A stretch of DNA of 63,809 nt, the filler included, from Nemertoderma westbladi (lineage: Eukaryota; Animalia; Xenacoelomorpha), in the NCBI GenBank assembly GCA_032718475.1. It is 3 parts of 3 records of this genome, joined end to end, with 100 filler letters (N's around TTAATTAATTAA, not from the genome) between each part and the next. Parts side by side here need not be neighbours in the genome. Positions count along the whole stretch, not along the records: positions 1 to 25,160 come from JAUCBJ010005468.1; positions 25,261 to 54,008 come from JAUCBJ010002991.1; 1 more part is not named here. One strand, 5' to 3'. Numbering within the stretch: the stretch's first letter is position 1; each line of letters opens with the position of its first letter. The notes beneath the pieces are model-generated. The model searched no databases, had not been told where the DNA came from, and saw only the letters and a list, made by a program, of their open reading frames with translations. Positions 21,411 through 35,300 of this stretch are shown piece after piece. The position numbers and the translations under genes are program-made.

Positions 21411-23334
21411 AGAGTTTATGCGATTATTCGCAACATTCATTCCCCAAGTTTGTTCCTACAGTAATTGTGTTTGTTATACATACCGCTATAGTTAAATTAA
21501 CCCCGGTACTACACGGGCTGCTTGGCGTAGGTAAAGACTGGTGATTTTGTGCATCGGTCACTCCAGCAGATGCCGTGGTTCTTTTAGCTGTTCAAGTATA
21601 TCTAACTACTGATTATCTGTTGTACAAGTACTCGTACCTAATTTAGGGTTTAGTGTACAGTGCTTTCCGAGAGTAATTAGTGTAGGCATTATATTTGTGT
21701 TGTAAAGTGGTTGATAGGCACGTTCGATTAGCTCTATTAACTTCTAGGTAGGAACACTCCGTGATACATAACGTAGAACCTATAGCGATACGGCTATAGG
21801 TCGTCAGGCGGTGGTATTTTTCTATCTGGGCAACGCAGTGTATTTACTACTACGTATTATTTTCAAATACCGCAGTACCCTGTCCGTTGTAATAACCAGT
21901 TTTCTAACCCTTTGTTAGGCTGGTTTGTAGACTTCTTGTAAAATTACCCTGAAAATTCGTATTTGTGTTTATTGGAAGAGATACGCCTATTCCTACTATG
22001 CGAAAAGACGGTAACAATACCTGCAATATCCTACTGTAAAGTTTGTAAATCAAATCATAAATCCGACCTTCTCACCAAACAGTAAACTCTAAGTAAGCGA
22101 AAATATCGCAGTATCGATCTCTTATAACCGGTGAGGCAGAAAACAGTCTACGAGCAGACAAACTTCGATGAAACAAAATCCTGCGCAGCGAATCCTAAAA
22201 TCAGGCTGACTCACTGACGGACTAAAAGGCTCGTATACCTTGCCGCGGTGTGATTTATATGGTTGGGCAAAGGGACGCTAGCTAGGTACAGAGGCAGATA
22301 TTTGGAGATGTCTAACTAGCGGGCAAAGCACAGTACGGACAAAGTTAATTTTATATATTTCGAGGTGTAAATAATTTCTAACGCGCGTGTGTTAATTCTG
22401 AACGGTCAAAACAGTTTTGCTCCTTCACATATATAATTACTGGGTACGGTGTGCATTTACGAATATTCTAATTTTGTAACTTGTAGGTCCAATACTCACG
22501 AATGATAAGGTTCCTTCCCCTCTTGCGTATTTCCAGGACTCAAATTCAGGCATAAGGTTAATACTACGCCCAGAATTCGGCAATTTTAGGTACCAGGTCC
22601 CTGATACTAAGAAGAGATGTGTTAGTTTACTACTGTAGGCGTACGGGTACTAATAGCTATCCTGGTTCCTATCTAGAATTTTAGTCACCCAGGTAGTCCG
22701 GGTAACTTCCTATTAGGGCGTTGGCGGGGACACGGTAGATGTTAGTATATCCCTGATAGCCTCAATTTATTTGCGCCTAGTGTAAACTGCCCTACCGCCT
22801 GAACGGTACAATCCCAATTCAGGTGAAAACACAGCAACCCCTTAGCCTACAAGTTCTGATGTAATGGACACTGTCGTACTGCAAATAGTCGCACACACAC
22901 CTGTACTTAGCAAGAGTTAAGCATACAGTTTGCTGCACCCCAACCAATTGGTATGCTTCGTACCGGTGTGCCTACGTCCTATCTGCGTACTAGTATCTGC
23001 TCTCTCTCCCTCCCCGTAGGAATATGAAGGTCTACTGTGGGTTTTTCCTGAATCAAGACAGTACAGTCCCTATGATGTAATTTTGGGCTTACAGCGTGTC
23101 ACTACGTCTACCTTTTGATCTTTTGGTCTTACACTTAGGTAGCAAGGATCGAACGCTGTCTAACCTTTCAGGCGATGGGCGAATAACTCTAAAATGGTAT
23201 TGCGGGTTGTCTCTCGTCTACATTCCCGTGATGTTCCCGTTCATTGCTGCGGCCCGATCTCTAGCCGGCCATCCTGTCCCTGAGTTTGTTCACCGTAGTG
23301 AATCCATAGTAAAACAGATAGAAAAGGGCTGAGA

Positions 23335-24798
23335 TGTGACTAGTATTTTTGACTTTTATTACAAAAGATATAATAACTATTATACAATAAACAATGTAAT
23401 CTGAAATAAGACAGAAAGTTAAGGTAGATCAGCAATTGAGATTGAATTAGTGAATTAATGAACGAAATCGCACCTTTATATACCAAATTTGTGCCGCAAT
23501 CAATCGAGAAAATTCTCGATTGTTCTATAGGTTCTAACAGGGTTTTAAAGATAGCTATTGGTCCAGCTAATATATAACTTGCACGACATTGGTTACAATC
23601 AAATAACTACAGTCTCATTGGTACAGATAAATGCAATTAATTTGTAACGGTTAATTTAAATGAGTTGAAATTCTGTACAAAAAATAATTCGCACTTACTA
23701 GGATTTGAACTCAATACCTACTACACATATAATTTCCAACGCTCTACCAACTGAGCTACTGAACCACTTGACCGATAGATGTACAATAGATAGAACCAAT
23801 ACTAATGAGAACTCAAAGCAATCTTTACAAAGTTAATTCGAATAAAAATAAAATTTTGAAAATCCACGGCATTTAGGGAATATAATTCTATACCGCTCCA
23901 TGAAAACAGGATATTATCGTGCATAAAATATACGGTTTTCACCAATAATCAATCAAACTATAGAATACTTAGGGCGTACTTACATATTTACAATTAAATT
24001 TCAAACAATACTTCCTTTCTACGTAATGATTCGATACAAAAATAATTACAAATTCAAACTTTACGTATTTAAGGCTTTACTAAGTAAGTACAATATAAAT
24101 CTAAATTAAATTCACCAATATAAATCTATTGCATTTCAATATCGCATAAATTCAAACAATTACAAATACAAATAAATGAAAACAATAAGAAAGGCTCGCG
24201 AGTCTTCCATCTACTATTGCATCCCAAATATTGCATAAATTCAAGTAATTACAAATACTTTCGTACCTAAATGTAGATTGTATAAGTTTGGAATAATTAC
24301 AAATATGAGTCTTTCTGAGCACAAAACTTTCTGACTATAAAACTTTCTAAATACAAAATATAACACTTTACAAATGAAACTATAAGAAAGGCCCACGAGT
24401 CTTCCGTCTACTCTTACTTTCTGTTTCACTGTAAATACAAATACTACTTATAAAATATAAATTGCATAATATTCGGAACAATATAAATTGCATAAGTTCG
24501 GAATAATATAAATTGCATAAGTTCGAAATAATCACGTAAATATAAAATATAAATTCTTACTAAATATAAGTTTTACAAAATATAAGTCTTTACTTAAATA
24601 TAAATATAAACTGCATAAGTTTAGAACAATATAAACTCCTTTGCATCTCAAATATGAAACATAAATCTTTCAAGTATAAGTTCAAATTGCATAAGTTCGG
24701 AATAAGCACAAATATACAATATAAGTTTTATTTTCTAAATATAAGACATATAATTCAAAATAAATCATAAATCATAAGAAACGCTCACGAGTCTTACA
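23335..24798 (-). mobile_element. Putative 3' LTR (~1.46 kb) of an LTR retrotransposon
   Basis: On the minus strand: PPT AAGGGAGGGCAAGGGTGGA, then TGTAAGAC...AATAAA...GTCACA. Internal A/T-rich subrepeats. Confidence 0.6.
23691..23765 (-). pseudogene. tRNA-derived fragment (pseudo-tRNA or SINE head) inside the LTR
   Basis: GGTTCAGTAGCTCAGTTGGTAGAGCG...GAGTTCAAATCC contains A- and B-boxes. The anticodon arm is not foldable by eye. Confidence 0.6.
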
Positions 24799-25160
24799 TC
24801 CACCCTTGCCCTCCCTTTTATCGCTTAGTTGATCGAGCCCTGCCGCGTCCTCGAAAACTGCGCACAGGTGACTTTGCTCGCGATATGGGACTAATGGGGC
24901 GAGTCACTGGTTTACTTGGGACGTTGAGGGACGGTGCGACTATTTCCTCGCAAATTCGTCTGTTTGGCATCCCAAAACCTCGACCAATTCCTCGTGACCG
25001 ATCAGTCGTCACTACAGTTGGTAGAACGTCTGGGAACGCGTGAGAAGCGGACGACGCAGACCCAAGAGTAGCTTGCGCCCCCTGTTGATCAGCTGGTGTA
25101 TGTCCCGATCCTCCTACTGGTTCTCTTGGAAGTGATACCGTATCCCGAGTAACTCGAATG
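24799..25160 (-). mobile_element. 3' internal end of an LTR retrotransposon (low-complexity ORF tail + PPT), cut by the contig end
   Basis: The ORF ends RGRGRARSTKR* directly before the PPT and TGTAA. Confidence 0.55.
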
Positions 25161-25260
25161 NNNNNNNNNNNNNNNNNNNNNNNNNNNNNNNNNNNNNNNN
25201 NNNNTTAATTAATTAANNNNNNNNNNNNNNNNNNNNNNNNNNNNNNNNNNNNNNNNNNNN
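25161..25260. other. Assembly spacer (N44-TTAATTAATTAA-N44)
   Basis: Six-frame stop linker inside Ns. Confidence 0.99.
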
Positions 25261-25759
25261 CTCACGTCTGAGATAAAGTTTAAATAAAACATGCAGCCTT
25301 AAGTAATGGAGCTGTCTTATGGTTGCATGTCATATTATAATAATAATTATTGTCATATATTAATGTCATATTTTGGTCAATTAATAAATACAATATTATA
25401 TATGGTTAAATTAGTTAGTTAGTTAAATTATTTAAATGATTTAATCAATTGAAAATATAAAAGAAATGAAAGTACAATAATTTTTAGTTACTAATTTCAT
25501 CAAAGAGTCTGTTTAATTAATAACTGCAATGAATTGGTTTTATGGCTGCATGTTTTATATAATCTATAGTTAATTTTGAGAAAGGACAGGCGCCGTATTT
25601 TTAGCTCTCACTAACCACAGGTTGTCTGGCTAGCACAAACTTCACACTAAATATTGGTACAGAGAGACAAAAGATAGACAAATGGGACGGTTGCAGTAGA
25701 AAGGGCACATGGCCCAAAGTTCAAAGCTTTAGAATACATCTCGGAAACTACCGGACTAA

Positions 25760-27180
25760 TAGATCGACTGACAAACGGACAGACATACAAACTTTACAAA
25801 TGCTGCCAAACATGAAAACTGATGCCGCAAATGCGATACGGTAAATGAAGTCAAAGTCCAAGAAAACAGACATTCTCAGGATTTTAGCATTTGTAGGGTT
25901 TCATATTGTATTTTGACAAACAGATCGACTGACAAACGGACAGACATACAAACTGTAAAAATGCTGCCAAACATGAAACTGATACCGTACATGAAGTCAG
26001 GGTCCAAGAAAACAGACATTCCCAGGATTTTAGCATTTGCAGGTTGTCATATTGTATTTTGACAGACATATCGACTGATAAACGGACAGACAAACAAACT
26101 GTTCAATTGCTGCCAAACATGAAATCTGATACACTAAATGAAGTCAGAGTCCAAGAAAACAGACATTCCCGGGATGTTAGCTTTGTATGGTGTCATATTG
26201 TATTTTGACAGACAGATTGACAGACAAACTGACAGACTTACAAACTGTAAAATTGCTGCCAAACATGGAAACTGATACCGTAAATTAAGTCAGAGTCCAA
26301 GAAAACAGACATTCACAGGATTCTAGAATTTGCAGGTTGTCATATTGTATTTTGACAGACAGATCGACTGATAAACCGACAGACAAACAAACTGTTCAAT
26401 TGCTGCCAAACATGAAATCTGATACACTAAATGAAGTCAGAGTCCAAGAAAACAGACATTCCCGGGATGTCAGCTTTGTATGGTGTCATATTGTATTTTG
26501 ACAGACAGATTGACAGACAAACTGACAGACTTACAAACTGTAAAATTGCTGCCAAACATGGAAACTGATACCGTAAATGAAGTCAGAGTCCAAGAAAACA
26601 GACATTCACAGGATTCTAGAATTTGCAGGGTGTCATATTATATTTTGACAGACAGATCGACTGATAAACGGACAGACAAACAAATTGTTCAATTGCTGCC
26701 AAACATGAAATCTGATACACTATATGAAGTCAGAGTCCAAGAAAACAGACATTCCCGGGATGTTAGCTTTGTATGGTGTCATATTGTATTTTGACAGACA
26801 GATTGACTGACAAACGGACAGACATACAAACTGTACAATACTGCCATACATGAAAACTGATACAGTAAATGAATTCAGAGTCCAAGAAAACAGATATTCC
26901 CGGGATTTTAGCTTTGTATGATGTCATATTGTTTTTGACAGACAGATCGTCTGACAAACGGACAGACATACTAACTTTACAAATGCTGCCAAACATCAAA
27001 ACTGATACCGTAAATGAAGTCTGAGTCCAAGAAAACAGACATTACCGTGATTTTAGCTTTGTAGGGTGTCATATTGTTTTTCGACAAACGAACAGACATA
27101 CAAACTGTACAAATGCCGCCAAACTTGAAAACTGATATGGGAAATGACATCAGTGATGAAAATCTACATATGGAAAATTT
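25760..27180 (+). repeat. ~146-bp tandem repeat, ~9-10 copies, partly alternating A/B dimers; Helentron/HINE-type central repeat
   Basis: AGAAAACAGACATT recurs at about 25861, 26007, 26154, 26300, 26447, 26593, 26740, 26885 and 27030. Each unit carries a (GACA)n-like block. Confidence 0.9.
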
Positions 27181-27331
27181 TAGCTGTCTGGTCTAATATA
27201 TTGTATATGGATACGAGCCCCAGCAAATGTCGGTACACATATAGATTAATTGCTACAAGCAGATAATAATTGATGAAACTTTTATACCCAATATTTCTTC
27301 TACCTTTCTATTGGTATCAACAAACATCTAT

Positions 27332-27845
27332 AACTACTACTACTACTACTACTGTACTATCGGCATGTTGCATTGCGGCTGCATTAATTATATCAAATAT
27401 ATTAAGAAAGATGTGTCGGCTTGTCAATAAATTTGCTCCACCTCAACTCCCTATCACCCATGACATTTGGTAGATAATCCGTATCTTCAAGTCCAGTGTC
27501 CTTTAAAATGCGTCTCAAGAAAGTCATGGGCTTACCACCATACATAGTGGTTCCATGAGGCCGCCAAAGCACAAGATTATGCACAGGCTGGTCCACACTT
27601 TGAAAGCAATCTCCTACAAGGCGGTGGCAGCTCAGTTCAAGTAAAAGCTTGCGGAGAGTAATAAAGCACTTCCGATGTTGTTCACAGTCTGGTTATGGAG
27701 ATGTGTTCATTCTTCTTGACACAATGACCCCGGCGTAGCATTATTGTGAATATGCCATCCAGAGGTTTTGTATACTCTGCAGTCAGTCAGAGACCAGCAT
27801 GGACTCCCATCTAAGAAGGCTGTCTCTACTGCTGCCCTAAATAAA
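27332..27845 (-). mobile_element. RTE-clade LINE 3' fragment
   Basis: (AGT)n tail; DQPVHNLVLWRPHG...TFLRRILKDTGL. Same family as 12400 and 37425. Confidence 0.85.
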
Positions 27846-28474
27846 CTCTAAAAGGTTCACGTGTGATATCAACAATTGGTACATTTGCAACAATATTATG
27901 CGAACTTTTCAGAGTTCTGGTGTTTTACTCTTAACGCAGTAAAGTACCGTATTGCAGCGTTGCGGCCTATAGGACGAACGTACTTATACTTCTATAACTA
28001 ACTATCACTAACTTAGTAAATAATCTCTTAAACACGTCTGGATTCTTCTGCATAGCTTCATAGCAACTATCATAGGCTAATTTTTTTATTGTTTACCGTA
28101 ACTTTGATGTATTAACTGCAATTAATTAGTGATACAAATTAAATTGGATATGAATTACATCAATATTTCTAATTATTCCAATATCAAGTAATGAAAACTT
28201 TAAAAAAATCGGAATTACTCGAGAACTTTTCTGAGAATTATCTATTTAGATAAACCAGCCCACACTAAATTACAACTCTTTTCTGGAATACAGTTTAAAT
28301 AAAACGTGCAGCCATAAGCACTAGAACTTTCAATACAGTTGCGTGCATTATTATAAATAATATTAGGTTTATTTTAAGTCTTATTATACTGTTATACGGT
28401 TACATATCATATTTCAACCTTAATTCAAGTGTCTCAATCTATTTAGATAAACCAGCCATTACATGTAAACAAAC

Positions 28475-29340
28475 TCACGTCTGAGATAAAGTTTAAATAA
28501 AACATGCAGCCTTAAGCAATGGAGCTCTCTTATGGTTGCATGTTATATTATAATAATAATTATTATGTTTTTTATGTCATATTTTGGTCAATTAATTAAT
28601 ACAATATTATAAATGGTTAAATTAGTTAGTTAGTTGAATTATTTAAATGATTTAATCCCTTGAAAATATAAAAGAAATGAAAGTACAATAATTTGTAGTT
28701 ACTAATTTTATCAAAGAGTCTGTTTAATTAATAACTGCAATGAATTGGTTTTATGGCTGCATGTTTTATATAATCTATAGTTAATTTTGAGAAAGGACAG
28801 GCGCCGTATTTTTAGCTCTCACTAACCACAGGTTGTCTGGCTAGCACAAACTTCACACTAAATATTGGTACAGAGAGACAAAAGATAGACAAATGGGACG
28901 GTTGCAGTAGAAAGGGCACATGGCCCAAAGTTTAAAGCTTTAGAATACATCTCTGAAACTACCGGACTAATAGATCGACTGACAAACGGACAGACATACA
29001 AACTTTACAAATGCTGCCAAACATGAAAACTGATACCGTAAATGAAGTCAGAGTCCAAAAAACAGACATTTCCAAGATTTAAGATTTGTAGGGTGTCATA
29101 TTGTATTTTGACAGACAGATCGACTGACAAACAGACAGAGAGGTATACAAACTGTAAAAATGCTTCCAAACATGAAAACTGCTACCGTAAATTAAGTCAG
29201 AATCCAAGAAAGCAGAATTTCCCAGGATTTTAGCTTTGTAGGGTGTCATATTGTATTTTGACAGACAGATCGACTGACAAACGGACAGACATAAAACTTT
29301 ACAAACGCTGCCAAACATGAAAATTGATACCGTAAATAAA
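28475..29340 (+). repeat. Near-identical duplicate of 25261-~25900, continuing into ~2.5 units of the 146-bp repeat
   Basis: CTCACGTCTGAGATAAAGTT...GGACAGGCGCCGTATT...ACCGGACTAATAGATCGACT is shared. 28090-28560 is also repeated at 29387-29860. Confidence 0.88.
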
Positions 29341-32300
29341 ATCTGAACTCTAGCTTTATAGCAACCTTTATATGTTAAGTTTATGATTGTTTACCGAAAC
29401 TTTGTTGTAATAACTGTAATTAATTAGTGATACAAATTAAATTGGATATTAATTACATCAATATTCCTAGTTATTCCAATAGCAAAATGAAAACTTTAAT
29501 AAAATCGAAATTACTCAAACTTTTCTGAGAATAATATCTATTTAGATAAACCAGCCCCCACGAACTACATTACAAACTCTAGACTGGAATATAGTTTGAT
29601 AAAATGTGCATGGAACTTGAAATAAGCACTGGAAATTTCAATGCATTGCGTTGCATGTCTTATTTTAAATAATATTAGGTTTATTTTAAGTCTAATTACA
29701 CTGTTATACGGCTGTATATCATATTTCAACCTTAATTCAAGTGCCTCAATCTATTTAGATATACCACCCATTGCATGTAGACTCATGTATGAGATGAAGT
29801 TTAAATAAAACATGCAGCCATAAGCAATGGAGCTGTCTTATGGTTGCATGTCATATTAGTGGATCCAACGATCATCTGCACTACAGAACGGCTTCTCAAA
29901 AAAAAACATAATTCGAAACTCGTATGGTGGAGGCCGACCAAAACAGAAAGTACAATACTTGTTTGCAGTGACTTATATTCATTCCTACAGCACGTGCGTA
30001 ATACGTAATCCGTGTATTAGCTACTGGGTTTGGATGAAAACAACTCTAATAAGCAATCGGTTTCCAATACAATAATCTGCTTGACCTTTGATAAGTAATG
30101 TGATCCGCTAAACCACACAACTTTAATTAGCAATAATGGGTTTATCAGCTTGACTAAGTAATTATAATTTAGCTATCAGTAGCTCCGTTATTAGGAACCG
30201 AATCGTTGCTGACTGACTGACTAACTGACTAACTGAAATTTGGGGCTATTTTACCTATTTGGGGCGGTAAAAAAGTATATTTGGTGCGAAAACTCCTGTA
30301 TTCTGGGATATAATAACTTGTGGTCGAAATTTAATTATGTAAGACTGATCGAAAACAGTTTATATGCCACTAAAAATGAAGTCTGATAACGATAAAACAC
30401 AGATGCCCAAGATTTTAGCTTTGTATGGTGAAATATTCTATTTTGACAGACACATAAGCAGGCAAACGGACAGACATACAGACAGTCTAGATGCCACCAA
30501 ACATGAAAACCGTAATCGGGAATGAAATCACAGACTAGGAAAACTCCATGCCATAGGTTTTTGCTATGGGTTGAGAGACAAACGGTCAGAAAGTCAGAAT
30601 TAATATGTTAAAATTAAAATAAATCTGAATTTTCTCGAATTATTTGAGAAATATCTACTTAGTTCAATGTTCAAACAACCATTACCTACAAACTCGCTTC
30701 AAAAGTAAAGTTTAAATAAAACATGCATCCTTAAGCACTGGGACTGTATTATGGTTGCATGTCTTATTTCATAACTAATGTGCACTGCGCACATGTCGCA
30801 CTGCGGTATAAAGCTGGAAAATATGTCGCTCTGGCGATTTGTTTGTGCGAAATTAATTCCATACAATTATTACAAATAAATAAAATAATATTATATATGT
30901 ATTTTAAAAGCCTTATTTCTTTAATTAAAACATTATGAAATATTATTTTATCAATTTAAAATATGAATAAAAAGAAAAATACAATAATTGTTGTATCTAG
31001 TAATAATGCACAATTTTATAAATTGTTCTTTATAATGATTCGTTATATGGCTGCCTATTAAATTTCAACATTATTCGGTATATTTAGTAGGAAAGGTTTA
31101 TAAAGAATAATGCTAAAACTTCAAGTACCTCAAACCTTCCAATACACCAAAACTCAATCTGAAATATAGTTTAAATAAATCATGCACCATAAGCAGTTGA
31201 GATGTCTTATGGTTGCATGTCATATTATTATAACTATTATTATGTTTTTTTTTAAGTTATATTTTGGATAATTAATACAATATCATTAATTATTTCATGA
31301 ATTTAAAACTTAAAGGAAACGAAAATGCAATATAATTATAGCAAATAAAATAACAAATGTTTATCAAAGATACAGTTTTATGGAATTTAGGAATTTGATT
31401 TATAAATTTGTAATATGGCTGCATATTTTATCTTAAACTTATATTAATTTTGTTAATTTTGAAAAAGGACTATTCTTTTACATAAATAATTATTTTTTGT
31501 CAAACTTTTTATCCGTATATTCGAGGGATTGTAAAAGCATATTTTTTCAGAGGCCAAAGGTCAAGGGAACAATGCTGGAATAAATGAAGAAATAGAATAC
31601 AGCTCAAGTTGCAGATGATAATATTTAGCTTATTAATATTCAAAATTTTTAAAAGCGTGAGGGCATTCATTATTTTATAACAACAGCTATAATTTTAGGT
31701 CTAGTTAGTGGTAGTTGTAGTCTGCAATTAATAGCGTAAATTGATATAAATGTTACAATATTAATGTGATTAATTTATTATTTAGCATTTTTAGTTGTGA
31801 TAATTTAATGTAAGGTATCAAAATTTCATACTTCGTTTCTTATTCAACAAAGCTCGCTCTCTCTCGTTTGGTACTATGATCAGCGGTCATAACTCTGAAT
31901 CGTGATATTTGCACATAATGATGTTTACTAGTTAGTAAAAACAATTTGAATTCATTAAATGTTGTGATAGGGTGTAGGTCCGTTAGGCAAAAACATGAAA
32001 TTGATGTTTCATTAAAAATGGAAATGTTTTATCTTAGAAACAGTCCTATAAACAAACCAAATACATATATAAAGTTATATAGATATACATAACTAATTAA
32101 ATATTCTTATATCATCAAAATGTGTTGTGCATCCATATGACCAGTCCTACCAAGGATTTCCCGATTTGGCTAAAGTGTAGAAATTGCTGGAGTTATATAG
32201 AATATTATTATACATAATACTATATAATATGCAACCATAAGATCGCTAAATTCTATATAAAAGTTATATATATTTTGTTTGATCTTTCAAAATGACTTAT

Positions 32301-32380
32301 GGCCACAATCATTAGATATATATATATATACGACGGCACATCATAGGAGTTACGCCCGTTACCAGTACACCCGGTATAAT

Positions 32381-35300
32381 CCAATATTTGGGTCCGTGTG
32401 CAAAGTATCTGACTTCCTTTGGGTCCGTGTGCAAAGTATCTGACATCCTTTGGGTCCGTATTCAAAGTATCTGCCAACATTTGGGTCCGTGTGCAAAGTA
32501 TCTGACATCTTTTGGGTCCGTGTGCAAAGTATCTGACATCCTTTGGGTCCGTGTGCAAAGTATATGACATCCTTTGGGTCCGTATTCAAAGTATCTGCCA
32601 ACATTTGGGTCCGTGTGCAAAGTATCTGACATCCTTTGGGTCCGTGTGCAAAGTATCTGCCAACATTTGGGTCCGTGTGCAAAGTATCTGACATCTTTTG
32701 GGTCCGTGTGCAAAGTATATGACATCCTTTGGGTCCGTGTGCAAAGTATCTGCCAACATTTGGGTCCGTGTGCAAAGTATCTGAAATCTTTTGGGTCCGT
32801 GTGCAAAGTATATGATATCTTTTGGGTCCGTGTGCAAAGTATATGACATCCTTTGGGTCCGTGTGCAAAGTATATGACATCCTTTGGGTCCGTTTGCAAA
32901 GTATCTGACATCCTTTGGGTCCGTGTGCAAAGTATATGACATCCTTTGGGTCCGTGTGCGAAGTATATGACATCCTTTGGGTCCGTTTGCAAAGTATCTG
33001 ACAGCTTTTGGGTCCGTGTGCAAAGTATATGACATCCTTTGGGTCCGTTTGCAAAGTATCTGACATCCTTTGGGTCCGTGTGCAAAGTATATGACATCCT
33101 TTGGGTCCGTGTGCAAAGTATATGACATCCTTTGGGTCCGTGTGCAAAGTATATGAAATCCTTTGGGTCCGTGTGCAAAGTATATGACATCCTTTGGGTC
33201 CGTGTGCAAAGTATCTGCCAATATTTGGGTCCGTGTGCAAAGTATCTGCCAACATTTGGGTCCGTGTGCAAAGTATCTGACATCTTTTGGGTCCGTGTGC
33301 AAAGTATATGACATCCTTTGGGTCCGTGTGCAAAGTATATGACATCCTTTGGGTCCGTGTGCAAAGTATATGACATCCTTTGGGTCCGTGTGCAAAGTAT
33401 CTGCCAACATTTGTGTCCGGTTGCAAAGTATCTGACATCTTTTGGGTCCGTGTGCAAAGTATCTGACATCTTTTGGGTCCGTGTGCAAAGTATATGACAT
33501 CTTTTGGGTCCGTGTGCAAAGTATATGACATCCTTTGGGTCCGTGTGCAAAGTATCTGCCAACATTTGGGTCCGGTTGCAAAGTATCTGACATCTTTTGG
33601 GTCCGTGTGCAAAGTATATGACATCCTTTGGGTCGGTGTGCAAAGTATATGACATCCTTTGGGTCCGTGTGCAAAGTATATGACATCCTTTGGGTCCGTG
33701 TGCAATGTATATGACATCTTTTGGGTCCGTGTGCAAAGTATATGACATCCTTTGGGTCCGTTTGCAAAGTATCTGACATCCTTTGGGTCCGAGTGCAAAG
33801 TATATGACATCCTTTGGGTCCGTGTGCAAAGTATATGACATCCTTTGGGTCCGTGTGCAAAGTATATGACATCCTTTGGGTCCGTTTGCAAAGTATCTGA
33901 CATCCTTTGGGTCCGTGTGCAAAGTATATGACATCCTTTGGGTCCGTGTGCAAAGTATATGACATCCTTTGGGTCCGTTTGCAAAGTATCTGATAGCTTT
34001 TGGGTCCGTGTGCAAAGTATATGACATCCTTTGGGTCCGTTTGCAAAGTATCTGACAGCTTTTGGGTCCGTGTGCAAAGCATATGACATTCTTTGGGTCC
34101 GTTTGCAAAGTATCTGACATCCTTTGGGTCCGTGTGCAAAGCATATGACATTCTTTGGGTCCGTTTGCAAAGTATCTGACATCCTTTGGGTCCGTTTGCA
34201 AAGTATCTGACAGCTTTTGGGTCCGTGTGCAAAGTATATGACATCCTTTGGGTCCGTTTGCAAAGTATCTGACATCCTTTGGGTCCGTGTGCAAAGTATA
34301 TGACATCCTTTGGGTCCGTGTGCAAAGTATATGACATCCTTTGGGTCCGTGTGCAAAGTATATGAAATCCTTTGGGTCCGTGTGCAAAGTATATGACATC
34401 CTTTGGATCCGTGTGCAAAGTATCTGCCAATATTTGGGTCCGTGTGCAAAGTATCTGACATCCTTTGGGTCCGTGTGCAAAGTATATGACATCCTTTGGG
34501 TCCGTGTGCAAAGTATATGACATCCTTTGGGTCCGTGTGCAAAGTATATGAAATCCTTTGGGTCCGTGTGCAAAGTATATGACATCCTTTGGGTCCGTGT
34601 GCAAAGTATCTGCCAATATTTGGGTCCGTGTGCAAAGTATCTGCCAACATTTGGGTCCGTGTGCAAAGTATCTGACATCTTTTGGGTCCGTGTGCAAAGT
34701 ATATGACATCCTTTGGGTCCGTGTGCAAAGTATATGACATCCTTTGGGTCCGTGTGCAAAGTATATGACATCCTTTGGGTCCGTGTGCAAAGTATCTGCC
34801 AACATTTGTGTCCGGTTGCAAAGTATCTGACATCTTTTGGGTCCGTGTGCAAAGTATCTGACATCTTTTGGGTCCGTGTGCAAAGTATATGACATCTTTT
34901 GGGTCCGTGTGCAAAGTATATGACATCCTTTGGGTCCGTGTGCAAAGTATCTGCCAACATTTGGGTCCGGTTGCAAAGTATCTGACATCTTTTGGGTCCG
35001 TGTGCAAAGTATATGACATCCTTTGGGTCGGTGTGCAAAGTATATGACATCCTTTGGGTCCGTGTGCAAAGTATATGACATCCTTTGGGTCCGTGTGCAA
35101 TGTATATGACATCTTTTGGGTCCGTGTGCAAAGTATATGACATCCTTTGGGTCCGTTTGCAAAGTATCTGACATCCTTTGGGTCCGAGTGCAAAGTATAT
35201 GACATCCTTTGGGTCCGTGTGCAAAGTATATGACATCCTTTGGGTCCGTGTGCAAAGTATATGACATCCTTTGGGTCCGTTTGCAAAGTATCTGACATCC

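Noticed and set aside
23691-23765. Functional tRNA gene
   Set aside because: The acceptor and anticodon stems do not pair; only the A/B boxes remain.
25205-25216. TTAATTAATTAA palindrome within Ns (also 54053-54064)
   Set aside because: Artificial contig linker. Adjacency across these points is not biological.
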